Shown piece after piece: positions 48,267 through 58,318 of a stretch of 64,000 nt of DNA. A program made the position numbers and the translations under genes. How positions within the stretch are numbered: position 1 is the first letter of the stretch; every line of letters starts with the position of its first letter. This DNA is from Candidatus Falkowbacteria bacterium (GTDB lineage: Bacteria > Patescibacteriota > Patescibacteriia > Patescibacteriales > UBA12465). The notes beneath the pieces were generated by a model. That model had not been told where the DNA came from, ran no database searches, and saw only the letters and a list, made by a program, of their open reading frames with translations. The stretch lies in the NCBI GenBank assembly GCA_016432645.1, contig CP066698.1, forward strand, positions 20,245 through 84,244, written 5' to 3'.

Positions 48267-49414
48267 AATTGTCTGCCTTAAAAAAAAGATTTTTTTCTGC
48301 GCAATCAGGAGAACATGAACCGGACAAGAGCTTGATTGCTTCGGTTATGGTTTTATTGGTTTTTGGTCTAGTCCTTTTGTTTAGTGCCTCTTCGGTTGTT
48401 TCTTACGCTCGTTTTGGCAATACTTATTTTTATTTTCTAAATCAATTAACTGCAGTTGCTATCGGCCTAGCCGCTTTTTTTATCGTTTCTAAAATTGATT
48501 ATCGAGTTTGGCGCAAATACGCCTTTTTGTTTCTGATTTTTTCAGTCGTGCTTTTAACGCTGGTGTTTGTTCCGGGAATTAGATCGGAATACGGAACGGC
48601 CCGCAGCTGGATTAATCTTTTTGGGCACTCTTTTCAGCCGGCCGAGCTGGTAAAATTATCATTCTTGATTTATTTGGCAACTTGGCTGGAAGCCAAGAAG
48701 GGTGATTTGAATAGCTTTTCTGACGGTATTGTCCCGTTTTTGTTTATTTTAGGCATTATTAGCTTGTTAATGTTGGCCCAGCCGGATTTGGGGACTTTAT
48801 TTATAATTACTTTTACCGCGATGATGGTTTTTTTTGTCGGCGGCGGCAAGATAAAACACATTTTTTTAGTAGTGGTATTCGCCGGCTTATTGCTTTTTTT
48901 AATGTTGAGCATGAAGTCGTCTTATCAGAGCGATCGCTTTAAATGCTTGAAGGACCCTAGCTATAGCGCTCAGGATAAATGTTACCAGATTAGCCAGTCT
49001 TTAATTGCAGTTGGTTCCGGCGGCTGGTTTGGCCGCGGCTTAGGCCAAAGCCGCCAAAAGTTTATGTATTTGCCGGAGGTTTGGGGTGACTCGATTTTTT
49101 CTATCGCTTCTGAAGAAATCGGTTTTGTTTTTAGTTCGTTGTTATTATTGCTTTTTTTGTTTATTTTTTATCGCGGCCTGATGATTGCCGCCGCTGCGCC
49201 GGATTTGTATGGTCAAACTTTGGCTACCGGGATTGTGGTGTGGCTGGCAGTCCAGACTTTTTTGAATATTGGCGGCATGATTAATTTAATACCAATGACT
49301 GGCGTTCCTTTGCCCTTTGTTTCCGCTGGCGGTTCGGCCATTTTATCAGCCTTGATTGCCATGGGAATTTTAGTTAATATCAGTAAACAGACCCGCGGTC
49401 TTAAGCGTTCCTAG
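48263..49414 (+). CDS. ftsW: Peptidoglycan glycosyltransferase FtsW
   Basis: ARSWI, FQPAELVK, QPDLGT, GLGQSRQK, PMTGVPLPFVSAGGS. Confidence 0.93.
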   Translation: MKLSALKKRFFSAQSGEHEPDKSLIASVMVLLVFGLVLLFSASSVVSYARFGNTYFYFLNQLTAVAIGLAAFFIVSKIDYRVWRKYAFLFLIFSVVLLTLVFVPGIRSEYGTARSWINLFGHSFQPAELVKLSFLIYLATWLEAKKGDLNSFSDGIVPFLFILGIISLLMLAQPDLGTLFIITFTAMMVFFVGGGKIKHIFLVVVFAGLLLFLMLSMKSSYQSDRFKCLKDPSYSAQDKCYQISQSLIAVGSGGWFGRGLGQSRQKFMYLPEVWGDSIFSIASEEIGFVFSSLLLLLFLFIFYRGLMIAAAAPDLYGQTLATGIVVWLAVQTFLNIGGMINLIPMTGVPLPFVSAGGSAILSALIAMGILVNISKQTRGLKRS

Positions 49415-49417
49415 ATT

Positions 49418-50530
49418 ATGAAGATTGATAATTCTAAAACCATTATTTTAAGCGGTGGCGGCTCCGGTGGGCCGGTAACACCTCTTTTGGCGGTTGCTAA
49501 AGAATTAGCCGCCGATAATTTTAATTTGGTTTTTGTAGGCACTAAGACTGGCCCGGAAAAATCAATGGTAGCGTCTTTTAACTTGCCGGGAAATAAAAAA
49601 TTAAAGTTTATTTCTTTGCCGGCCGGAAAATTACGCCGTTATTTTTCTCTGCATAATTTTTCTGATTTATTAAGAATATTCGCGGCTTTTATTCTTTCTT
49701 TTCCGCTTTTGCGCCGCGAGCGCCCCAGTTTGATAATTAGCGCCGGCGGATTTGTCAGCGTGCCATTGGTTTGGGCGGCCAGATTAAAAAATATCCCGAT
49801 TATTATTCATCAGCAAGATGTCCGCCCGGGATTGGCCAATAAGCTGATGGCGCCGGCGGCGCGCCTGATAACCGTTTCTTTTGAAAAATCTTTGCGCGAT
49901 TATGGGCCTAAAGCTGTTTGGATTGGCAACCCAATCGTTGCCCTGGAAAATCAGGCTGACGCGATTAAAATTATCAAAGAAAAATATCAACTCTCGGACT
50001 CCAAGCCTTTAATTTTAGTCACTGGTGGCGCTACCGGAGCCGTGGCTTTGAATGATTTGATTGTCGGCGCTAAATCAAAGATTCTGGAATTTGCGCAAAT
50101 TATCCACATCAGCGGCAAAGGGAAGCTGCCGCCGCTGCCAATTAGTTCTGAACCAGCGAGCGATTATCAGGTTTTTGAATTGCTTTCACCGGCTGATGTC
50201 CTGCAGTTAATGGCTGCCGCTGATTTAGTTATTTCGCGTTGCGGTTTGGCAACTTTGACCGAGTTATGTGAGTTAGGCAAGGTGGCCATTTTAATTCCTA
50301 TTCCTAAATCTCAGCAAGAAGATAACGCTGTTATTTTTAAACGTCTCAATGCCGCTCGCGTTTTATCGCAGTCAGAATTAAGCGCCGATGATTTGGTAGC
50401 GGAAATAAAAAATATTCTCAGCAGTTCGGAATTGCGCGCCAAATTAAGTTCCAATATTTCTAAAGTTATGAAGCGCCAGGCCTCGGAAACAATGGCCGCC
50501 TTAATTAAAGAAATTTTAGCCGCTAATTAA
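49418..50530 (+). CDS. murG: Undecaprenyl-PP-MurNAc-pentapeptide GlcNAc transferase
   Basis: GGGSGGP, GKLRRY, GGFVSVP, HQQD, QQEDNA. Confidence 0.93.
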   Translation: MKIDNSKTIILSGGGSGGPVTPLLAVAKELAADNFNLVFVGTKTGPEKSMVASFNLPGNKKLKFISLPAGKLRRYFSLHNFSDLLRIFAAFILSFPLLRRERPSLIISAGGFVSVPLVWAARLKNIPIIIHQQDVRPGLANKLMAPAARLITVSFEKSLRDYGPKAVWIGNPIVALENQADAIKIIKEKYQLSDSKPLILVTGGATGAVALNDLIVGAKSKILEFAQIIHISGKGKLPPLPISSEPASDYQVFELLSPADVLQLMAAADLVISRCGLATLTELCELGKVAILIPIPKSQQEDNAVIFKRLNAARVLSQSELSADDLVAEIKNILSSSELRAKLSSNISKVMKRQASETMAALIKEILAAN

Positions 50531-50537
50531 ATTTGTC

Positions 50538-51977
50538 ATGTTCAAGAAAAGCCAGACAATTTATATGATTGGTATCAAGGGCGTTGGGATGGCGACTCTC
50601 GCCCAGTTTTTAAAGGCGGGCGGCGCTTTGGTTTCCGGTTCTGATGTGGCGGAAACTTTTATGACCGACAAAATTTTGGCGCGCTTGAAAATAAAAGTCA
50701 AAACTCCATTTAGTTCAAAAAATTTACCGCTTGATGCTAGTTTAATAATTTATTCCATTGCTTATAATCCAGCAAATAATTCCGAATTGAAATTTATTAA
50801 GGATAATCCTGAATTATTTAAGAAGGCGCGCATTTTAACTTATTCTGAAGCCTTGGGTGAGTTATTTAGTTCCCATCAAGGGATTGCTGTTTGCGGCAGC
50901 CACGGCAAGACTACGGTCTCTGCTTGGCTGGGTTATGTTTTAGCTAAATCCGGAAAAAGACCTAATGTTTTTGTGGGCTCTAACGTTCCGCAGTTTAAGG
51001 GTGGAAGTTTGAGCGGTAGCGGTAAGATTTTTGTTTCTGAAGCTGATGAATATGGCGATAAGCTTCAATATTTAAATCCCTATGGCGTCGTGTTAAATAA
51101 TATTGATTATGATCACCCTGATTTTTTTAAGACCGAGGCTGATTACCTTCAAGTTTTTTCCAAATTTGTTAAACGGATTCCTGTTGCCGGATTTTTAGTG
51201 ACAAACAATTGCGACGCTTTAAGCCGGAAAATCAAAAAATATTGCCGGGCGCAGATTATAAACTATGATGTCGCCGATGATAATTACAACAACGCCACGG
51301 TTAATTATCTGGCGCATGGGCTCAGAATTAAAAATGGTTATCAATATTTTTTTGTTAATAATTTAGGAGAATTTAAAATTAGGCTTTGGGGGAAGCATAA
51401 TATTTTCAATGCGCTGGCCGTGATTGCTGCCGCCCGCGAACTAGGAGTTTCTTTGGCGGGGCTTAAGAAGTATTTATTTGATTTTCGTGGCACGGAACGC
51501 CGCGCGCAAATTCTGGGAAAATACCAAGGTGCTTTAATTATTGACGATTATGCGCATCACCCCACGGAAATAATAGCAACTTTGGAGGGAATAAGGCGCC
51601 ATTATCCAGATAAAAAATTGCGCGTTATTTTTCATCCCCATACTTTTACCAGAACTAAGGCGCTGTTTAATGATTTTGTCGCCAGTTTCGGCAGTGCGCA
51701 GGAATTAATTATTTTGGATATTTATGGTTCGGCGCGCGAGCAGCAGGGCGGCGTCTCCAGCGCGCAATTAGTCAAGGCTATTCAAAAATTCAATAAACAG
51801 CACGCAATTTCCCAGCCGGTTTCTAATCTTAAAAATATTGCGCAAACTGTTGATTATTTGTGCACCAATGTTCAGAAGGGCGATTTAATAATATTGATGG
51901 GAGCGGGCGATGTTTTTAGAGTGGGCGAAGAATTATTATGCAAAAAATCAAAACCAAAACAACTGAAAAAAAAATAA
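50538..51977 (+). CDS. murC: UDP-N-acetylmuramate--L-alanine ligase
   Basis: IGIKGVGM, GSHGKTT, EADE, DHPD, DDYAHHPTE, HPHTFTRT. Confidence 0.95.
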   Translation: MFKKSQTIYMIGIKGVGMATLAQFLKAGGALVSGSDVAETFMTDKILARLKIKVKTPFSSKNLPLDASLIIYSIAYNPANNSELKFIKDNPELFKKARILTYSEALGELFSSHQGIAVCGSHGKTTVSAWLGYVLAKSGKRPNVFVGSNVPQFKGGSLSGSGKIFVSEADEYGDKLQYLNPYGVVLNNIDYDHPDFFKTEADYLQVFSKFVKRIPVAGFLVTNNCDALSRKIKKYCRAQIINYDVADDNYNNATVNYLAHGLRIKNGYQYFFVNNLGEFKIRLWGKHNIFNALAVIAAARELGVSLAGLKKYLFDFRGTERRAQILGKYQGALIIDDYAHHPTEIIATLEGIRRHYPDKKLRVIFHPHTFTRTKALFNDFVASFGSAQELIILDIYGSAREQQGGVSSAQLVKAIQKFNKQHAISQPVSNLKNIAQTVDYLCTNVQKGDLIILMGAGDVFRVGEELLCKKSKPKQLKKK

Positions 51978-53755
51978 ATTCTCAAAAAATGGCAGCTCTC
52001 AGCCGCCGCCGCAGTTTTTGGTCTGATTTTTGGTTTTTACTTAAGCCTTTCCGCAAGTTCTTTATCAGAATTGTTATTATTTCATTGATTATCGGCGCTT
52101 TGGGCTTGCTAAAACCCTATCTTTTAAAAGTGGTGGTTGATAGTTTAAACAATTTTGATAAAGAGCGTATTATTTTTTTGTTGAAGCTAATTGCTCTTTA
52201 TTTGACGACCGAAGAAGTACATTCTTTTATTCATTATTTCAGTGATCGTCAGATTTTACGGATGCTCGTGGAAGTTGAGTATGCTCTAGGCATGAGAGCA
52301 CAGGAGAAATTAGTTTCTCTCAGTTTAGGATATCATGAGAAACAAAATACCGGCGCCAAGATAATTAAAATTGAAAAAGGAGTTGATAAGATTTCTGAAT
52401 TTTTAAATAATTTTTTCTGGGAGTTTTTTCCGACGCTTATTCAGCTGACCTTTACGCTCGCTGCCTTATTTTGGTCTGATTGGCGAATTGGCTCATCGTT
52501 CTTATTTTTTGCTGGTATTTTTATCGGAATTGTCTATTGGTCTAATCGCCGCATGTACCCAGTTAGAAAACAAATTTATCGCGATTATGAAACGGCGTCT
52601 GGTAAAATGGCTCAATCAATCATTAATATTAATGCCGTGCAATCGTTTGTTCAGGAAGATCGTGAGCTTAGCGAGTTCGGTAAAATTAAAAATGATTTAA
52701 GAAAAAATGAAGATAAGCAATGGGGCTGGATGATGAAAATCGGTTTGGTGCGGAATTCCATTTCTGATATCGGCCGGGCCACTGTTTTGTTGCTGGGCGT
52801 TTATTTGGTAGCGGCGGGTTCAATGAGCGTCGGTACTTTAATATTTATTTTTACTCTTAGTGAAACAGCTTATTCCTCTTTATATCGTTTAACCAGATTT
52901 TACGACAAGATGGAAGAAGGCCGCGAAGGCGTTAATCGCTTATTGCAACTATTTAATGCTCCCGATGAAATAAAAAATAAAGTTCGAGGTTTTATTCCTA
53001 AAAAAATAATCGGCGAAATCGCTTTTAAGAATGTTTCCTTCGCTTATGGCGATAATTTGCGCACCGCGGTTTCTAAGTTAAATTTTAAAATCAGTTCTGG
53101 TTCAGTGGTTGCTCTAGTGGGGCCATCCGGTGGCGGCAAAACAACAGTTGCCCGCTTAATCTATCGGCATTACGATCCGCAGTCTGGACAAGTTTTACTT
53201 GATGGCCGTGATTTGCGTTCTTATGATTTAAAAGCGTTTCGTAAGTTTTTAGCGATTGTCCCCCAAGAAGTAGAAATTTTTGATTTAACGGTCGCGGAGA
53301 ATATCGCTTATGCCAAGCCGGAGGCTACTCAACAGGAGATTCAAGCAGCTGCCAGAATTGCTAATGCCGAAGAGTTTATTCTTAAACTGGAAAAGGGCTA
53401 TGATTCTTTAGTCGGCGAACGGGGAATTAAATTGTCCGGCGGCCAGCGGCAACGCCTAGGAATCGCCAGGGCGATTTTAGCCAATCCTCGAGTTTTGATT
53501 TTTGATGAAGCAACTTCCAGTTTGGACAGTGAAAGCGAGCGTTTAATTTCCGATGCGATGAAGAAAATCAGCCGCGGACGCACCATGATTATTATCGCCC
53601 ATCGCTTGAGTACTATTAAAAATGCTGATAAAATAATTGTCTTGGAAAACGGCCAAGTTGCCGAAGAAGGAAATCATCTGGAATTAGCTAGAGTCTCCGG
53701 CGGTCTATATTCCAAACTATTAAAATTGCAAGAAGTCGGCGAATTGGAAGAATAA
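51938..53755 (+). CDS. ABC exporter, fused permease and ATPase (MsbA/Sav1866-like)
   Basis: TM domain; GPSGGGKTT, LSGGQRQR, FDEATS, AHRLST; alternative start at 51989. Confidence 0.94.
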   Translation: MQKIKTKTTEKKINSQKMAALSRRRSFWSDFWFLLKPFRKFFIRIVIISLIIGALGLLKPYLLKVVVDSLNNFDKERIIFLLKLIALYLTTEEVHSFIHYFSDRQILRMLVEVEYALGMRAQEKLVSLSLGYHEKQNTGAKIIKIEKGVDKISEFLNNFFWEFFPTLIQLTFTLAALFWSDWRIGSSFLFFAGIFIGIVYWSNRRMYPVRKQIYRDYETASGKMAQSIININAVQSFVQEDRELSEFGKIKNDLRKNEDKQWGWMMKIGLVRNSISDIGRATVLLLGVYLVAAGSMSVGTLIFIFTLSETAYSSLYRLTRFYDKMEEGREGVNRLLQLFNAPDEIKNKVRGFIPKKIIGEIAFKNVSFAYGDNLRTAVSKLNFKISSGSVVALVGPSGGGKTTVARLIYRHYDPQSGQVLLDGRDLRSYDLKAFRKFLAIVPQEVEIFDLTVAENIAYAKPEATQQEIQAAARIANAEEFILKLEKGYDSLVGERGIKLSGGQRQRLGIARAILANPRVLIFDEATSSLDSESERLISDAMKKISRGRTMIIIAHRLSTIKNADKIIVLENGQVAEEGNHLELARVSGGLYSKLLKLQEVGELEE

Positions 53756-53776
53756 CCCCCGCTAATAAATATTTAT

Positions 53777-54796
53777 ATGTTGAAAATAGAGACTAACCAC
53801 TCGCTGGGACAATACACAACCATCAAGGTCGGCACGATTGCTGATTATTTTGCGGTGCTTAAAAGTAAAGCGGATCTCTTGGAGGCTTTAGCTTTTTCGA
53901 AAAAAAATAAACAGCCGATAACCGTTTTGGGCGGCGGCTCTAATATTTTATTTTCCCAAAGGATTAAGGGCTTAGTTTTAAAGAATGAAATTAAAGGGAT
54001 AAAAATAATCGAGAAAAATAAGACCCGCGTTCTCGTTGAGGGCTTATCCGGCGAGTCTTGGTCAAAGTTTGTTGCTTTTACGGCTGACCACAAATTTTAT
54101 GGTTTAGAAAATTTGTTTTTGATTTATGGTACGGTCGGCGCGGCCCCGGTCCAGAATATCGGCGCCTACGGCGTGGAGTTTAAAGATTCTTTCCATCATC
54201 TTTTGGCTTTTGATTTGAAAACCGGCCAGGAAAAAATATTTTCCTCGGCCGATTGCCATTTTGGTTATCGGGACAGCGTTTTTAAAAATAAATTTAAAGG
54301 GCGCTATTTTATTTATTCAGTCGTTATGTCTTTAGCGCTTAAGCCTAATTTTCAATTAGGCTACGGCTCTATTAAGGAAAAATTAGCTGAAAAGGGAATT
54401 AAGAAAATTAAAATTCGGGATATCGTCAATGTAATTGCCGAAATTAGGAACGGCAAATTGCCAAATCCTCAGAGTTTGCCTAATTCCGGTTCCTTTTTTA
54501 AGAATCCGGAAATAAGCAAGCTAAAATTTAAAAAATTGCAGCAAAAATATTCGGAAATACCTTCTTTCCCCGGCCAGGCGAATAAAGTAAAAATACCAGC
54601 CGGCTGGCTGATTGAACAATCCGGTTTTAAGGGCAAGAAATTCGGACCGGTACGGATGTATGAAAAGCAAGCACTGATTTTAGTTAATGAAGGCGGTGCC
54701 AGCGCTAAGCAAGTTTTGAGCTTAGTGAATAAAGTTAAGGCAGCGGTTAAAAAGAAGTTTGACCTTGATTTAAGTGAGGAAGTTAATATAATATAG
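53777..54796 (+). CDS. murB: UDP-N-acetylenolpyruvoylglucosamine reductase
   Basis: GGGSN, QNIGAYG, FGYRDS, GSFFKNP, AGWLIE. Confidence 0.96.
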   Translation: MLKIETNHSLGQYTTIKVGTIADYFAVLKSKADLLEALAFSKKNKQPITVLGGGSNILFSQRIKGLVLKNEIKGIKIIEKNKTRVLVEGLSGESWSKFVAFTADHKFYGLENLFLIYGTVGAAPVQNIGAYGVEFKDSFHHLLAFDLKTGQEKIFSSADCHFGYRDSVFKNKFKGRYFIYSVVMSLALKPNFQLGYGSIKEKLAEKGIKKIKIRDIVNVIAEIRNGKLPNPQSLPNSGSFFKNPEISKLKFKKLQQKYSEIPSFPGQANKVKIPAGWLIEQSGFKGKKFGPVRMYEKQALILVNEGGASAKQVLSLVNKVKAAVKKKFDLDLSEEVNII

Positions 54797-54826
54797 TAAA
54801 GCCTAAGATAAATTAGAATTTTATAT

Positions 54827-56710
54827 ATGAATGCTAACGAACTACGCCAAAAATATTTAGATTTTTTTAAAGCTCAGGGGCATGCGGTTATTCCCAGCGC
54901 CTCTTTAATACCGGAAAATGATTCTACTTTGTTATTTACAAATTCCGGTATGTTTCCGCTCGTGCCTTATCTTTTAAGCGGCAGTCATCCGGCCGGAGTC
55001 AGATTGGTTGATAGCCAAAAATCTTTTCGGACTGAAGATATTGATGAGGTCGGTGATAGCCGCCATAATACTTTTTTTGAAATGCTCGGCAACTGGTCGC
55101 TCGGTGATTATTTTAAAGAGGAGCAGCTGTCCTGGTGGTTTGAATTTTTATTTGTTGAGTTAAAAATTGATCCGAGCAGGATTTACCAGACTGTTTATGC
55201 CGGTAGCGAAGACGGCAAAATTTCTAAGGATAATGAAGCGGTGGCTATTTTACAAAAAATATTCGCCAAATATGGAATTAACGCATCCGAAGGACCAATG
55301 ACAGTCGGTAAAGGCGCTCTCGGTTCCGGCCAGCAACTTGATTTTTCCAGCCAGCGTATTTTTGCCTATCGTGACAAAAATTGGTGGCAGCGCGGCGATG
55401 CGGTTGGCGAACTTGGGGGTCCGGATAGTGAAACTTTCTATGATACCGGCAAAGAGCATAATAAAGCTTTCGGTGAATTCTGCCATCCTAATTGCGATTG
55501 CGGACGTTTCTTGGAAATTGGAAATTCGGTTTTTATGCAATATCAGAAATTTGCTGACGGCTGGAAAGAGCTGGCTAATAAAAACGTGGATTTCGGCGGC
55601 GGCTTAGAGCGCATTTTAATGGTTTTGAATAATCAAGATAGTATTTTTAAAACGGACTTATTTACCAGAGCGATTGTTAGAATTGAAGAGTTGTCCGGGA
55701 AAAAATATGAAGATAATAAGCGCGCTTTTGAGGTCGTCGCCGACCATCTCAAAGCAGCGACTTTTATTGTCGGCGATGACCGCGGCGTGCCGCCATCCAA
55801 TACCGACCAGGGCTACATTGTTAGACGTCTTTTGCGCCGGGCTATCCGCTACGGCCGCCAGTTAGGAATCGTCCAAGAAAAATGGTTGAAAGAAATCGCC
55901 AGTGTTTTTGTGGAAGACTATCAATCGGCTTATCCGGAATTAACCAAAAATCATGATTTTATTTTTGAAGAATTTGATAAGGAGGAAGAAAAATTTAATC
56001 GCACTCTAGAAAAGGGTATTATAGAATTTAACAAATTGGCCAGTGCTGATATTAATGGCCAGGACGCCTTTAGACTTTATCAGAGCTATGGTTTTCCTCT
56101 GGAAATTACCGAGGAGCTAGCCGCCGAAAAGGGAATTAAAGTTGACCAGGAGGGTTTTGCCGCTGAACTGGCTAAGCATCAAGAGCTTTCCCGAACGGCT
56201 TCAGCCGGAAAATTTAAGGGCGGGTTAGCCGATTCTAGCGAGGAAACAACCAAACTTCATACCGCGGCTCATTTATTACTGGCCGCTTTGCGGCAAGTTT
56301 TAGGCGAGCATGTTACTCAGAAAGGCAGCAATATTACGGCCGAGAGACTGCGTTTTGATTTTTCGCATAATGAAAAAATGACCCCTGAGCAAATTGCCAA
56401 GGCTGAAGAGCTGGTTAATGGGGCAATCGCTGCTAAATTACCGGTAACTTGCGAGGAACTATCACTGGGGGAAGCTAAAGAACGGGGAGCTATGGGTGTC
56501 TTTGATTCTAAATATGGCGAACGGGTTAAGGTCTATACTGCCAGCCAGCTTTTATCAGATGGGACGCCAGATTTTAAAAGCGCTTTTTCTCAAGAAATTT
56601 GTGGTGGCCCGCATGTAAATAATACTGGAATATTAGGTAAATTTAAGATTCAGAAGGAGGAGTCCTCAAGCGCCGGCGTCAGACGCATTAAAGCCGTCCT
56701 AGAAGCCTAA
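54827..56710 (+). CDS. alaS: Alanine--tRNA ligase, short form
   Basis: LLFTNSGM, HNTFFEMLGNWS, editing motifs HTAAH and CGGPH; 627 aa. Confidence 0.96.
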   Translation: MNANELRQKYLDFFKAQGHAVIPSASLIPENDSTLLFTNSGMFPLVPYLLSGSHPAGVRLVDSQKSFRTEDIDEVGDSRHNTFFEMLGNWSLGDYFKEEQLSWWFEFLFVELKIDPSRIYQTVYAGSEDGKISKDNEAVAILQKIFAKYGINASEGPMTVGKGALGSGQQLDFSSQRIFAYRDKNWWQRGDAVGELGGPDSETFYDTGKEHNKAFGEFCHPNCDCGRFLEIGNSVFMQYQKFADGWKELANKNVDFGGGLERILMVLNNQDSIFKTDLFTRAIVRIEELSGKKYEDNKRAFEVVADHLKAATFIVGDDRGVPPSNTDQGYIVRRLLRRAIRYGRQLGIVQEKWLKEIASVFVEDYQSAYPELTKNHDFIFEEFDKEEEKFNRTLEKGIIEFNKLASADINGQDAFRLYQSYGFPLEITEELAAEKGIKVDQEGFAAELAKHQELSRTASAGKFKGGLADSSEETTKLHTAAHLLLAALRQVLGEHVTQKGSNITAERLRFDFSHNEKMTPEQIAKAEELVNGAIAAKLPVTCEELSLGEAKERGAMGVFDSKYGERVKVYTASQLLSDGTPDFKSAFSQEICGGPHVNNTGILGKFKIQKEESSSAGVRRIKAVLEA

Positions 56711-56720
56711 GGGATAACTA

Positions 56721-56749
56721 TTGACAACTTTCAAACTTATCTCTATAAT
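56721..56749 (+). promoter_or_regulatory. Consensus sigma70 promoter of the infA-rpsI cluster
   Basis: TTGACA-17 bp-TATAAT, a perfect match. Confidence 0.85.
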
Positions 56750-56842
56750 AATTTTATTAAGAATATTATATTAAATAAGCAAAAATATTTTTAAAAAAAC
56801 TTTGATAAGGCTAACTTGTCTTTATCAAATTTTTTTGTGTTA

Positions 56843-57100
56843 ATGTCAAAAGACATGGGAAACAACAACGAAATATCCAGTGATTTGAAAGCCAAAGATT
56901 TTATCGAAATGCAGGGCGAGGTATTAGAACTAATGCCAGCCGCGAGTTTTCGCGTGGCCCTAGAAAACGGCCACGAAATCTTAGCTCACCTTTCCGGCAA
57001 AATGAGAATGAACCGTATCCGCTTGCTTCCGGGAGATAAAGTAAAGCTTCAAATCAGCCCTTACGATTTAAGCAAGGGGCGGATTACCTATCGCATGTAA
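56843..57100 (+). CDS. infA: Translation initiation factor IF-1
   Basis: [20 protein letters not shown]...[13 protein letters not shown]; start is ATG at 56843 or 56855. Confidence 0.96.
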   Translation: MSKDMGNNNEISSDLKAKDFIEMQGEVLELMPAASFRVALENGHEILAHLSGKMRMNRIRLLPGDKVKLQISPYDLSKGRITYRM

Positions 57101-57176
57101 TTATAAAAAATATAGAATTGTTTTATATATTAAACCTCGCAGTTTAATTAAGAAAGACAAGTAAAACGTACCACAT

Positions 57177-57290
57177 ATGAAAGTGAGAGCCAGCGCTAAG
57201 AAAATTTGTAAAGACTGCAAAGTAGTGCGACGCAAAGGTCGGGTCCACGTAATTTGCAAAAACCCTAAACATAAACAAAGACAAGGGTAA
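57177..57290 (+). CDS. rpmJ: 50S ribosomal protein L36
   Basis: Absent from the ORF track (too short); read by hand as [37 protein letters not shown]. Confidence 0.97.
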   Translation: MKVRASAKKICKDCKVVRRKGRVHVICKNPKHKQRQG

Positions 57291-57302
57291 TTTTTAATAT
57301 CT

Positions 57303-57698
57303 ATGGCAGTAAGAATAGCGGGAGTTAATATCCCTAACGAAAAAAGAATCGAAATCGCTTTAACTTATATCTATGGCATTGGACGCACTCGTTCCAATAA
57401 GATTTTGGAAACCGCCAAAGTCGATAAAGATATTCGGGTTAAAGATTTAAAAGAATCAGATGTTAATCTTTTACGAGAATTGGTAGAAAAGAAATTTACA
57501 GTTGAAGGCGATTTGCGCCGCGAGGTTCAAAGCAATATCAAGCGGTTGAAAGAAATCGGTTGTTATCGCGGTTTGCGGCACGCCAAACATTTACCGGTTA
57601 GAGGTCAGAGAACTAAAACTAATAGTCGTACTGTTCGTGGCAATAAGCGTATGACCGCGGTGAGCGGCAAGAGCAAAGCCGGATTACAGAAGACCTAA
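57303..57698 (+). CDS. rpsM: 30S ribosomal protein S13
   Basis: [25 protein letters not shown]. Confidence 0.98.
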   Translation: MAVRIAGVNIPNEKRIEIALTYIYGIGRTRSNKILETAKVDKDIRVKDLKESDVNLLRELVEKKFTVEGDLRREVQSNIKRLKEIGCYRGLRHAKHLPVRGQRTKTNSRTVRGNKRMTAVSGKSKAGLQKT

Positions 57699-57721
57699 TT
57701 AAAATTCTAAGAGTTTAAAAT

Positions 57722-58303
57722 ATGTCTGAAGAAGTAAAAAAAGACGCAGAAAAATTAGAAGAGACTTCGCTTCCGGTTGCTGATAAAGCGCTTAACAGCG
57801 AAGAAAAAGAAGAACGCGATGAAATGGCGGCCTTTTCTTTTGATTCCTCTGATGAAGAACTGCCTGAAGAAATCAAGCAGAAACTTGAAAAAAACAAGGC
57901 TGCTCGCGCCAAGAAAAAATTAGTTAAAAAGAAAAAGAAAAAAACAGCTAGAGTAGTTAAAGTTGGACGCGCTTATATTCAAGCGACCTACAACAATACC
58001 ATGATAACCTTAACTGATAATAATGGTGATGCTATTGCTTGGGCCTCAGCTGGTTTAGCCGGATTTAAGGGAGCCAAAAAAGCGACTCCTTACGCCGCTC
58101 AAATTATTACTAAAATTGCCGCGCAGAAAGCTAAGGAGGAATACGGCTTGCAAGAAGTAAGCGTCTTTGTTTCCGGTGTTGGCACCGGCCGCGAAGCTGC
58201 TATCCGCGCTTTAAATGCTAATGGTTTGGACGTCTCGTCAATCAAGGACACCACCCCGGTTCCTCATAATGGTTGCCGTCCGAAGAAACCGAGAAGAGTT
58301 TAA
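57722..58303 (+). CDS. rpsK: 30S ribosomal protein S11 with long N-terminal extension
   Basis: [26 protein letters not shown]. Confidence 0.97.
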   Translation: MSEEVKKDAEKLEETSLPVADKALNSEEKEERDEMAAFSFDSSDEELPEEIKQKLEKNKAARAKKKLVKKKKKKTARVVKVGRAYIQATYNNTMITLTDNNGDAIAWASAGLAGFKGAKKATPYAAQIITKIAAQKAKEEYGLQEVSVFVSGVGTGREAAIRALNANGLDVSSIKDTTPVPHNGCRPKKPRRV

Positions 58304-58318
58304 ACTAATCACAAAAAT

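Noticed and set aside
57101-57176. Small AT-rich hairpins between infA and rpmJ
   Set aside because: The stems are weak and expected by chance at this base composition.
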